From a virus (Duplodnaviria; Heunggongvirae; Uroviricota; Caudoviricetes), in IMG/VR virus record IMGVR_UViG_3300028298_000002: DNA of 16,519 bases; one strand, written 5' to 3'. The notes under the pieces are model-generated. The model did no database searches, was not told the DNA's origin, and was given only the letters and a program-made list of their open reading frames with translations. Every line of letters starts with the position of its first letter. The first letter of the stretch is position 1. This document shows, in pieces, positions 1 through 6,885 of this stretch. The translations under genes and the position numbers were made by a program.

Positions 1-1
1 C

Positions 2-82
2 TTGCAGCAATATAACAACGCTGAAATTAGCTTCGGAAAAATGACTGAATTGTTAAACGAAAAAGCGAATGGAGCTTTCTAA
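2..82 (+). CDS. 3' end of a hypothetical protein (partial)
   Basis: Open frame LQQYNNAEISFGKMTELLNEKANGAF* ending at TAA 80-82, 11 nt before the next ATG. Confidence 0.55.
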   Translation: MQQYNNAEISFGKMTELLNEKANGAF

Positions 83-93
83 AATTAAAAAAA

Positions 94-1218
94 ATGAATG
101 AAGTAAAAATTAAAGACATAGACTTTAAATTAATGCCAAACGATCAAGAATTTTATTTTTGTATCGACCTATCTGGCGGAAAAAGAGTTCATCGCGGAGG
201 GCATATAAAAGCTCATCCCAATAATTTCATATCAGTATTGCTTTGCGATGCTCAAACGCCAAAAGGCAAAGTTATATCCATTGACGAAGTAGAAACTTGT
301 GAATCTTGCGAAAAAGTCTTTCCAGCTGAAGTGATGGAACTAGCACATCCAGACGATACCGCTTTGTTTTGTCCGAATTGTAAAAAGGAAGGACTGATAG
401 AAATGTATAAATTTTTCTGTTCTCTTTTTGCTACACAATTTGCCCGATATCAGAATTTGATTGAAGAGGGAATGACTGAAGAAGAAATTTCGAAAGTGTT
501 TGCAGCTAATAAGTCGGAAATCGGAATTGAAGAATTTAAGCTTTTTGTGAAAAATACTTACGCGGGGATGACTGTTTTTACTATAAATACTGTACTTGAT
601 AATTTTTTAAAGACCGAACCTACTGAAAACGTAACCCCAAATCCAGAAATAGAAATCAAATTTGGCACTCCCGAAAAGGAATTAGAACCAAACACGCTTA
701 CATTCAGTAATGCAAAACAGCCAGTATTAAAATTTTGTCCCAATGGTGATATTTTTGTTAATGGAAAATTAACCGAAAATGATAAGGAAGTTGTTGAAGG
801 AATACGAAAAATTCTAGGTAACGAAAAGTCTGAAGAAGAAAATCGTCCTATGCCTGGCACAAGATGGCTTCTAAGAACCTTATTCGCTGAACTGATAACT
901 GGACACGAAGATTTTCCTATTGATAAGTGGATTGAAGAAAATTGCGTTCCATTGCAACCGAACGATGTAAAATTAGTGCAGCCAGTAGCATACGTTTTTG
1001 AAGGTATAATTTATTCTAAAAAAGGTTTGGATGGAAAGACTTTTTCAGAAGAAAATAAACCACAGGCTATTTATCCATCACCTTTTCTTGATGTAATGTT
1101 GAAGCTGTGGAAAGAGCTGCGCCAACGAATGCATAGGTATCCTAATCCTCACGATATGATTCCTTACAACCGAATTGATAATCTTATAAAAATCCTTGAA
1201 AATGCCGACAGTAATTAG
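94..1218 (+). CDS. Hypothetical phage protein (374 aa) with two CxxC motifs
   Basis: Long ORF with A-rich upstream sequence; CESC and CPNC motifs; no family recognised. Confidence 0.8.
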   Translation: MNEVKIKDIDFKLMPNDQEFYFCIDLSGGKRVHRGGHIKAHPNNFISVLLCDAQTPKGKVISIDEVETCESCEKVFPAEVMELAHPDDTALFCPNCKKEGLIEMYKFFCSLFATQFARYQNLIEEGMTEEEISKVFAANKSEIGIEEFKLFVKNTYAGMTVFTINTVLDNFLKTEPTENVTPNPEIEIKFGTPEKELEPNTLTFSNAKQPVLKFCPNGDIFVNGKLTENDKEVVEGIRKILGNEKSEEENRPMPGTRWLLRTLFAELITGHEDFPIDKWIEENCVPLQPNDVKLVQPVAYVFEGIIYSKKGLDGKTFSEENKPQAIYPSPFLDVMLKLWKELRQRMHRYPNPHDMIPYNRIDNLIKILENADSN

Positions 1219-1954
1219 AAACAAAAAATTATTCTGCATAAATTGTGGTGGCGAACATCCGCTTCCATTACCAATGCCGATTACCGAAATGACGGGAAAA
1301 ATGGACTCCTTCAGTAAGCTCCATAAAAATTGCCCACAGACCTGGACCGAACCAAAAGCCGATATGACTAAATCGGTTGAAGAACGTGCTAATTGGTGGC
1401 TTGAAAAAGGAGAACAAGGTCGTAGTTCAGTGGCTATGTGGCGTTGTTTTATGGGACTCCCGAATGACCAAAAAAACCACCCTTGCGATCCCGATGACTT
1501 CAGCCGTTGCTACAAACTTCTTGAAGCTATCCCGGAATGGAAAGAAGAATTGAACAAGCTAAGAACATTGTCGCCACAATGGAACAAGCTTGTGTGCAAC
1601 TGGGATATCCTGACAGAAATGTTCGAAAAAGAATCTTATGTATCAATTTATGCAAGAATTAACGAAATAATTATGACAGACTTCCCTACAAAAAACACAA
1701 TCGTAGCAGAAGAAGATATTATCAATGCTGGATATGTAACAGATGAACTAAAGCCTTGCCCTTTTTGTGGCGGCAAAAAAATACTAACTTGTGCATCAAA
1801 GAATCCAAATGGAAATGTTGGATATCGCGTTTGGTGTGCGACTTCTTTAAACCCTTACGACTGCACCGCTTCTATGACGCTATGTTTAGGGAAAGAAGAC
1901 ACAATGAAACAATGCAGAAAAGAACTAGTTGAAAAATGGAACACACGAAAATGA
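1196..1954 (+). CDS. Phage protein with a C-terminal Lar (restriction alleviation)-like Zn ribbon
   Basis: C-terminus ELKPCPFCGG...YRVWC...DC...ELVEKWNTR matches the Lar family pattern; N-terminal CINCGGEH Zn knuckle and a HPCDPDDFSRCYKLLE block. Confidence 0.7.
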   Translation: MKMPTVIRNKKLFCINCGGEHPLPLPMPITEMTGKMDSFSKLHKNCPQTWTEPKADMTKSVEERANWWLEKGEQGRSSVAMWRCFMGLPNDQKNHPCDPDDFSRCYKLLEAIPEWKEELNKLRTLSPQWNKLVCNWDILTEMFEKESYVSIYARINEIIMTDFPTKNTIVAEEDIINAGYVTDELKPCPFCGGKKILTCASKNPNGNVGYRVWCATSLNPYDCTASMTLCLGKEDTMKQCRKELVEKWNTRK

Positions 1955-2556
1955 AATACGGAATCGCACCAGAAGTGATCAGCTTATTCAAAGTTGATTT
2001 GAATGAATTTATGTTTTTTATGTACCTCCCAATCAAAATGCCTGGTAGCAAAACAAGAATGGAGGATAGGCTTAGTCCATTGTACGCAATGGTAAAAGAA
2101 GTTTTAGAAAACGAAAAAGAACACCTCCACGACAAGTACATTTATCTTACTATCAAGCATATGTTCCACCCAGAAGGGTATTCGCACAACCGACCAAACT
2201 GGCATTCAGACGGCTTTGGAAGTGATGACATTAACTACATTTTTTATTCAAACACACCAACCGAATTTTGTGTTCAAGAATATAAAAACATTTCGGCTGA
2301 TGACAAATTATCAATGATTCAGTTTGAAGAACAGAGTGATGAAAAAAATATTATCACATATCCGAGCAACACACTTTTAAAGTTAAGCCCATACAACATT
2401 CACAGAATAGGCTACAAAGCTGTGCCTGGTCCGCGTATCTTCATTAAAATCTCTATTTCGAAAAATCAATACCGACTTAAAGGAAATTCGCATAATTATT
2501 TGTTTGATTACAATTGGGATTTACAAGAAAGACAAATTGAAAGGAATGTGCCATAA
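1951..2556 (+). CDS. Putative Fe(II)/2-oxoglutarate dioxygenase-fold protein
   Basis: WHSDG (HxD) plus distal IHR gives a facial-triad pattern. The start is placed at ATG 1951 because of the ATGA overlap with the upstream stop (the ORF track starts at 1936). Confidence 0.55.
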   Translation: MKYGIAPEVISLFKVDLNEFMFFMYLPIKMPGSKTRMEDRLSPLYAMVKEVLENEKEHLHDKYIYLTIKHMFHPEGYSHNRPNWHSDGFGSDDINYIFYSNTPTEFCVQEYKNISADDKLSMIQFEEQSDEKNIITYPSNTLLKLSPYNIHRIGYKAVPGPRIFIKISISKNQYRLKGNSHNYLFDYNWDLQERQIERNVP

Positions 2557-2819
2557 TGATTATCACAGGGACGATTGAAAGTATAGATGAAATTAGATTT
2601 AAAAGGTTAAAGTTTGCAATTGTAACTAATGATGAATACCCCGAATACTATTCAATACAACTAAGCGAGGGGTATCACAACTTAATTAATGATTATAAAA
2701 TAGGTGATGAAATTACTGTTTATGTAAAACTGGTTGGCGTGAAATGGGCAGATAAAAGAAGAGGTAGAACGCTTTATTTTAATAACCTTGAATGCACAGC
2801 TGTTGAAGATCCAAATTAA
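2556..2819 (+). CDS. DUF3127-family OB-fold protein (putative SSB-like)
   Basis: MIITGTI...DEYPEYYSIQL...KIGDEITV.VKL.G.KW...YFNNL matches the Bacteroidota DUF3127 pattern. Confidence 0.7.
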   Translation: MIITGTIESIDEIRFKRLKFAIVTNDEYPEYYSIQLSEGYHNLINDYKIGDEITVYVKLVGVKWADKRRGRTLYFNNLECTAVEDPN

Positions 2820-2831
2820 AAAAAAAGAATT

Positions 2832-3200
2832 ATGAAAACCTGGGAAAAAATAATGTTAGTGTTTATGTGCATCGCATCGATTTTTGCATATCAGATTGTA
2901 ACAGACGCTAACACCGAAAGAATTGATAGGATTTGTAACGATACAATTCACAAAAAAATTGTTGTTTACGACACCACCAGATCATATCCAATTTCACAAA
3001 GTCAAACAAGTAAAAGGATCTACACCAAAATATCTACCACTAAAGTTTTAGAAGAAGATGCCATCACATTTGACTACCTCTACGATTGCCACAAAACACC
3101 TGGCTGTGCCGAAATAAGTAGCAAAATTCCATACGACACAACAATCAAGTGGCTATCAAGAAATAAGGATACTGTATTTTATTTAACACTAAGAAAATGA
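2832..3200 (+). CDS. Hypothetical protein with an N-terminal membrane anchor or signal peptide
   Basis: Hydrophobic IMLVFMCIASIFAY after MKTWEK; A-rich upstream sequence. Confidence 0.75.
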   Translation: MKTWEKIMLVFMCIASIFAYQIVTDANTERIDRICNDTIHKKIVVYDTTRSYPISQSQTSKRIYTKISTTKVLEEDAITFDYLYDCHKTPGCAEISSKIPYDTTIKWLSRNKDTVFYLTLRK

Positions 3201-3475
3201 AACAGCAGAAAAAAAAGAAAAAACCAAGAACGCCACGCAAGGATTTCGCACAACGATTAGCGGAAAAGCTATCTCACTTAGGAACGATTGATGCTGGTCG
3301 GCTGACTGATGAATCGTGTCGATGGGTTGATTTAGAAGTTAAGGGAGTGCATCTAAGCTTTCAGTTCGACCTAAAGGGAGAAAAAATAACCGAAATTGGC
3401 ATCTATCAAGATGTGGTAGAAGTTACAGGACAAAAAAGAATTTGGAAAACAAACGATGAACGAAATCAGAAATAA
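3197..3475 (+). CDS. Hypothetical protein
   Basis: ATGA overlap with the previous gene; basic N-terminus. Confidence 0.7.
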   Translation: MKQQKKKKKPRTPRKDFAQRLAEKLSHLGTIDAGRLTDESCRWVDLEVKGVHLSFQFDLKGEKITEIGIYQDVVEVTGQKRIWKTNDERNQK

Positions 3476-3827
3476 TATGAAAGGAATGAAATCAACTGAA
3501 TTTGTTGAAATGGTGAACTTTATTCAGAAGTACCACAAGTTCGCATTGTGCCTTAGTGATACCGATAAAATCGAAAGACTTGCACTTTATCCTAATATAA
3601 GCGAATATAGTTTCAACATCAAATATATCGACAGCTGTTACGATTCCAGATTTGCTGATGTATGGTCGGTTTCCTTTCGCGGTCTTGGAAGAAAGGTTTG
3701 CTTCCACACAAATACTAATTTACCATTACTATACACAACCTTATTTGAATGGGTTATGGCGTACTTAAAAGGCGATTGGAAGCCAACGGATGTAGAATTT
3801 AAAGCTATACAAATAAATGAAAAATAA
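3456..3827 (+). CDS. Hypothetical protein
   Basis: In-operon ORF; the true start may be a downstream ATG. Confidence 0.7.
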   Translation: MNEIRNNMKGMKSTEFVEMVNFIQKYHKFALCLSDTDKIERLALYPNISEYSFNIKYIDSCYDSRFADVWSVSFRGLGRKVCFHTNTNLPLLYTTLFEWVMAYLKGDWKPTDVEFKAIQINEK

Positions 3828-3842
3828 CGTCATTCTATCAAT

Positions 3843-4169
3843 ATGAAATACCAACTATGCCCAAAATGTAATGGCGATGGACACTTAGGAAGATTTAATT
3901 CTCCTAACACTTCTAGCAACGCTTGTCCACAATGTGATGTTTGCTTTGGAGCAAAAACATTGCTTGTTCGCGATGATCAGCCAATCGTTACTGACGAACA
4001 AATATTACGTGTGCTGCAAAATCATCAACGTCCTGGATCCGAAGGAATGTTTATCGTAGCTGAAGATTTTTCAAGCATCATTCCGCGAATGAGAAAATTG
4101 TTTCAAGAACAAGATAACACAAAAGCCGAACTGGAAAAATTCTTCAACTGGTACAAAAAATCGCCATAG
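3843..4169 (+). CDS. Hypothetical protein with an N-terminal CxxCxGxG Zn finger
   Basis: CPKCNGDG...CDVCFGAK motifs. Confidence 0.75.
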   Translation: MKYQLCPKCNGDGHLGRFNSPNTSSNACPQCDVCFGAKTLLVRDDQPIVTDEQILRVLQNHQRPGSEGMFIVAEDFSSIIPRMRKLFQEQDNTKAELEKFFNWYKKSP

Positions 4170-4177
4170 CCACGAAT

Positions 4178-4333
4178 ATGGCGATTAACCTGGCTTGTGA
4201 TAAAGAAAAGGAAAACAAATACATTGAATTTCTTCAAAAGCACAATCTAAAATCTGGTCCATCACCCGAATTTCTTGCATCACTCAACAAAGAACAACGG
4301 GTTGAACTTGCTAAGATTTTTCAACGGAAATAG
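4178..4333 (+). CDS. Small hypothetical protein (51 aa), absent from the ORF track
   Basis: MAINLACDKEKENKYIEFLQKHNLKSGPSPEFLASLNKEQRVELAKIFQRK*; its TAG abuts the 3' end of the convergent tRNA-Leu. Confidence 0.6.
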   Translation: MAINLACDKEKENKYIEFLQKHNLKSGPSPEFLASLNKEQRVELAKIFQRK

Positions 4334-4415
4334 TACAAATGGAGAGACTTGAACTCTCACGCCTTTCGGCACCAGATCCTAAGTCTGGCGTGTCTGCCAA
4401 TTCCACCACATTCGC
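4334..4415 (-). tRNA. tRNA-Leu(UAG), cassette 1
   Basis: GCGAATG/CATTTGT acceptor, CCAGA-CTTAGGA-TCTGG anticodon arm, long variable arm, TTCAAGT T loop; CCA not encoded. Confidence 0.95.
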
Positions 4416-4420
4416 ATAAG

Positions 4421-4506
4421 TGTCGGTAGCAGGAATCGAACCTGCACGGGCATTACTGCCCATAGCATTTTAAGTGCTACGTGTCTTCCAATTCCACCAT
4501 ACCGGC
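4421..4506 (-). tRNA. tRNA-Leu(UAA), cassette 1
   Basis: TAGCA-CTTAAAA-TGCTA anticodon arm, long variable arm; C2.A71 mismatch. Confidence 0.93.
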
Positions 4507-4511
4507 ATTTG

Positions 4512-4584
4512 TGGGACTACAAGGACTTGAACCTCGATTAGCGGTGTTACAGACCGAATACTTACCAATTAGTATGATAATCCC
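4512..4584 (-). tRNA. tRNA-Tyr(GUA) with a short variable loop, cassette 1
   Basis: GGGATTA/TAGTCCC acceptor, loop CTGTAAC, 4-nt variable loop, CGAGG-TTCAAGT-CCTTG T arm. Confidence 0.88.
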
Positions 4585-4589
4585 ATTAG

Positions 4590-4676
4590 AGGAAGATGAG
4601 CGATTCGAACGCTCGGATCCTTGTGAGATCGATAGTTTTCAAGACTATTCCAATAATCCATCTCTGGCAATCTTCC
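4590..4676 (-). tRNA. tRNA-Ser(UGA), cassette 1
   Basis: GGAAGAT/ATCTTCC acceptor, ATAGT-CTTGAAA-ACTAT anticodon arm, long variable arm. Confidence 0.93.
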
Positions 4677-4688
4677 TTATTTATTCAG

Positions 4689-4775
4689 CGGAAACGGCAG
4701 GATTCAAACCTGCGAAACCTTTTACAGTTTGGCTCGTTAGCAGTGAGCTGATATAATTCTCTCATCCACGTTTCC
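4689..4775 (-). tRNA. tRNA-Ser(GCU), cassette 1
   Basis: GGAAACG/CGTTTCC acceptor, loop CTGCTAA, long variable arm; T loop TTTGAAT (U56) with D-loop A19. Confidence 0.92.
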
Positions 4776-4785
4776 ATATTTAACG

Positions 4786-4861
4786 TGTGAAGTGTGGGCT
4801 ACGATCCCACGATCTCCTGTACCACAAACAGGCGCTTTCGACCAACTAAGCTAACTTCACC
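4786..4861 (-). tRNA. tRNA-His(GUG) including G-1, cassette 1
   Basis: CCTGT-TTGTGGT-ACAGG anticodon arm; encoded G-1 opposite A73; atypical T loop ATCGTAG. Confidence 0.88.
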
Positions 4862-4875
4862 ATGTAATAAAAAAC

Positions 4876-4908
4876 AAAAAACCCCGAACTTTTTATGGTT
4901 GAGGGCTT
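4876..4908 (-). terminator. Intrinsic terminator (attenuator) ahead of tRNA cassette 1
   Basis: AAGCCCTCAAC-cataaaaa-GTTCGGGGTT followed by TTTTGTTTTTT, about 15 nt before tRNA-His. Confidence 0.8.
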
Positions 4909-4933
4909 CTTGCGTGAGTAGTATCTTAATACA

Positions 4934-5002
4934 CTACAATAGAAATTTCCCCGAACCCAAAGGATACAGCGACAAATAACTATGTAATGATAAATTTTTC
5001 AT
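4934..5002 (-). CDS. Leader peptide 1 (22 aa) MKNLSLHSYLSLYPLGSGKFLL
   Basis: ATG lies 4 nt after the -7 promoter element; codons 4-13 are all Leu/Ser/His/Tyr, the amino acids of the downstream cassette. Confidence 0.85.
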   Translation of the reverse strand: MKNLSLHSYLSLYPLGSGKFLL

Positions 5003-5006
5003 AAGG

Positions 5007-5036
5007 CAAATGTAATTATTATTTTTGATTTAGCAA
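5007..5036 (-). promoter_or_regulatory. Bacteroidota sigma70 promoter P1
   Basis: TTG-N19-TACATTTG matches the -33/-7 (TAnnTTTG) consensus. Confidence 0.85.
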
Positions 5037-5263
5037 GTTTTTGTTATACGTAATGTAAAAAAAGGCACATATTATTTTAACATTTCTTTATTTATAGGCG
5101 TTTCGGTCATGTTACATAGAAAAACGATTTGTCCATTGGTCTATGAAAATATTATGCAATATTTATGAAATGAAAAAGAGGTTGTCAAGCATTGCGATGT
5201 TTTTGATCACAATTATTATTCAATATTTTGTGTTTTATTTTATTTACTATTTGTGTTTTTGAG

Positions 5264-5335
5264 TGTTTTCAACCCGAATCGAACGAGTATCTTCGAGTCC
5301 GTAGCCCGAAATTTTATCCTTTAAACTATGAAAAC
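5264..5335 (-). tRNA. tRNA-Arg(ACG), cassette 2
   Basis: GTTTTCA/TGAAAAC acceptor, TCGGG-CTACGGA-CTCGA anticodon arm, A20 identity base. Confidence 0.88.
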
Positions 5336-5341
5336 ATTGTG

Positions 5342-5413
5342 ATGGATAGAGCAGAGTCGAACTGCTATCTAGGGGTTAGAAAACCCTTGTTCTGTCCATT
5401 GAACTACAATCCA
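5342..5413 (-). tRNA. tRNA-Arg(UCU), cassette 2
   Basis: AGGG-TTTTCTAAC-CCCT centres on TCT; D loop GGA gives A20; U1-A72. Confidence 0.85.
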
Positions 5414-5417
5414 GTAG

Positions 5418-5491
5418 TGCAACCGCTGGAATTCGAATCCAGATAGCCCATATTAAAAGTATGGTGTATTACCAATTGATACTACGGTTGC
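5418..5491 (-). tRNA. tRNA-Lys(UUU), cassette 2
   Basis: GCAACCG/CGGTTGC acceptor, CCATA-CTTTTAA-TATGG anticodon arm. Confidence 0.92.
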
Positions 5492-5580
5492 ATAAATAAT
5501 TCATCTGCTTCTTCGCTTTCGCAAAAAAGAAAATGATTTTTTTATGTACCTAGTAACTGACATTTAATTTATTTTTTTAG

Positions 5581-5652
5581 TAACCCAAGCTTGAATCGGA
5601 CAAGCGACATCAACTATGTAAAAGTTGCGTTCTACCACTGAACTATTGGGTT
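5581..5652 (-). tRNA. tRNA-Val(UAC), cassette 2
   Basis: AACCCAA/TTGGGTT acceptor, CAACT-TTTACAT-AGTTG anticodon arm; T loop TCCGATT (C55). Confidence 0.88.
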
Positions 5653-5657
5653 ATATG

Positions 5658-5729
5658 TGGAGCGTAAGAATTTCGAAATCTTATAATCTTCGATGCAAAC
5701 GAAGTGCCTTGCCTTTCAGCCAACGCCCC
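5658..5729 (-). tRNA. tRNA-Ala(UGC), cassette 2
   Basis: GGGGCGT/ACGCTCC acceptor with the G3.U70 Ala determinant; CTTCG-TTTGCAT-CGAAG anticodon arm; U53.U61 mismatch. Confidence 0.88.
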
Positions 5730-5741
5730 AGTTTTTTCTAG

Positions 5742-5814
5742 TTGGTCCTAACCGAATCGAACGGATATATCCTATGTTATGAGCATAGTTCTTTACCAAT
5801 TAAGATAAGGACCA
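5742..5814 (-). tRNA. tRNA with CAU anticodon, probably Ile2 (lysidine) or elongator Met, cassette 2
   Basis: TGGTCCT/AGGACCA acceptor, CTATG-CTCATAA-CATAG anticodon arm; no initiator features. The Ile2 call is an inference. Confidence 0.8.
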
Positions 5815-5817
5815 GTG

Positions 5818-5879
5818 AGACCAGAAACATATTCCAGCTTTTGCAGAGCTGTGCCAAAGCCAATATTAGCTATCTGATC
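5818..5879 (-). tRNA. tRNA-Cys(GCA) lacking the T arm (62 nt; functional or pseudo)
   Basis: GATCAGA/TCTGGTC 7-bp acceptor, U73, intact D arm, CAGCT-CTGCAAA-AGCTG anticodon arm; only 9 nt (GAATATGTT) replace the variable loop plus T arm. Confidence 0.7.
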
Positions 5880-5887
5880 GATCATTG

Positions 5888-5959
5888 AGCAAAATATCGG
5901 TCTCGAACCGCATCCTCAGATTGGAAATCTGACGCTTTACCAATTAAGCTATATCTTGC
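5888..5959 (-). tRNA. tRNA-Gly(UCC) with an apparent 8/4 acceptor/T-stem fold, cassette 2
   Basis: GCAAGATA/TATTTTGC 8 bp, TCAGA-TTTCCAA-TCTGA anticodon arm, GCGG-TTCGAGA-CCGA T arm, U73. Confidence 0.85.
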
Positions 5960-5966
5960 AAACTTG

Positions 5967-6039
5967 TACTCCGTAGGGGATTCAAACCCCTGTTCTTCTC
6001 AGTGAAAGTGAGACGACTTAATCGCTTGTCCAACGGAGC
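5967..6039 (-). tRNA. tRNA-Glu(UUC), cassette 2
   Basis: GCTCCGT/ACGGAGT acceptor, TCTCA-CTTTCAC-TGAGA anticodon arm; D loop CGA (A19) with T loop TTTGAAT (U56). Confidence 0.9.
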
Positions 6040-6130
6040 ATTGTTCCGCTGGTTCGTCTGATTTTGTGTTTAATGTTTTCATCACTTGTTTTTTGTTTCT
6101 TTTTTGTATAAATTGCTTGTTTTTTTTCGC

Positions 6131-6195
6131 TTAGTGGCGGGAGTGCAACTCATTTCGCCTAACGGCTAATCTACTCTGCACTTTGCCACCACTAA
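6131..6195 (-). ncRNA. Unidentified tRNA-sized hairpin RNA within cassette 2
   Basis: TTAGTGGTGG/CCGCCACTAA (10 bp, with a G.U that pairs only on the minus strand), AGTGCA/TGCACT, and apical GCC-GTTA-GGC. Confidence 0.4.
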
Positions 6196-6264
6196 TATTT
6201 TAAGCAACAACGGACTTTTCCTACATTTTTACAAACAAGGCTTTGACCTATTGTTGTTGCTTTG

Positions 6265-6337
6265 CACACCGACCTCGATTTGAACGAAGATTATCAGGGT
6301 TGGAATCTGATCGCATTGCCATTTAACTCATCGGTGC
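6265..6337 (-). tRNA. tRNA-Trp(CCA), cassette 2
   Basis: GCACCGA/TCGGTGT acceptor, loop TTCCAAC, CTTCG-TTCAAAT-CGAGG T arm; weak D stem. Confidence 0.82.
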
Positions 6338-6347
6338 GTATTTTAAG

Positions 6348-6424
6348 CGGTTTATTTCGGATTCGAACCGAACGAATATCTCGCGTGACAGGCGAGCGAA
6401 CACAGCCAAGCATTCCCATAAACC
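6348..6424 (-). tRNA. tRNA-Asp(GUC), cassette 2
   Basis: GGTTTAT/ATAAACC acceptor, G73, CTCGC-CTGTCAC-GCGAG anticodon arm; G at position 8 and a 7-nt variable region. Confidence 0.87.
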
Positions 6425-6513
6425 AAAATAGAGGAAAGCCTTAAACCTCATTTTTGCAAGTTGGATCTTGCCAATCTAACGCCCTTGTTTCAGGGCCGAA
6501 CTTTTTATTGCTG

Positions 6514-6588
6514 CTCCCATTGCTAGACTTGAACTAGCGACCTTCAGATTAACAATCTGCTGCTACTAACCAGCTGAGCTAAACGGGA
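6514..6588 (-). tRNA. tRNA-Asn(GUU), cassette 2
   Basis: TCCCGTT/AATGGGA acceptor, G73, loop TTGTTAA, canonical D and T arms. Confidence 0.93.
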
Positions 6589-6598
6589 TTGTTGATTG

Positions 6599-6671
6599 TT
6601 GTTTCGGGGTGAATCGAACACCCGACATTTATCTTATCAGGATACTATTCTGCCAACTGAATTACGAAACA
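6599..6671 (-). tRNA. tRNA-Ile(GAU), cassette 2
   Basis: TGTTTCG/CGAAACA acceptor, TATC-CTGATAA-GATA anticodon arm, GGGTG-TTCGATT-CACCC T arm. Confidence 0.9.
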
Positions 6672-6885
6672 ATAAAAAAAGAGTCAGCTATTTTGCCTTC
6701 ATAAGCTGATTTCCCCAGTGGCTGCCAGGTATTCTAAAAGTGCATTTACGGGTTAATTAAACCTTCATTCCTAAAAATTTCGTTATGTTTTCTTTCGTAC
6801 TAAAATCAACATTTAACTAATTTTTTTCTAACGCTGTTGTCGTTTCAAACAGGACTTTCAGTAACTCTTTATTCAAAGAACGTAA

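Noticed and set aside
5342-5413. Amber suppressor (CUA) reading of the loop TTTTCTAAC
   Set aside because: Stem pairing AGGG/CCCT centres the loop on TCT and A20 marks Arg. TAG and TGA are also used as normal stops in this window, so there is no sign of recoding.
5999-6082. Short minus-strand ORF MKTLNTKSDEPAEQ... as a fourth leader peptide
   Set aside because: It runs into tRNA-Glu, has no terminator after it and shows no clear codon bias.
6155-6168. Integron attC core GCCTAAC
   Set aside because: No matching GTTRRRY partner in attC geometry, and no cassette ORF or integrase.
6842-6861. Hammerhead-like CTGAAAG...GAAAC on the minus strand
   Set aside because: The core deviates from CUGANGA and no stems I/III were found.
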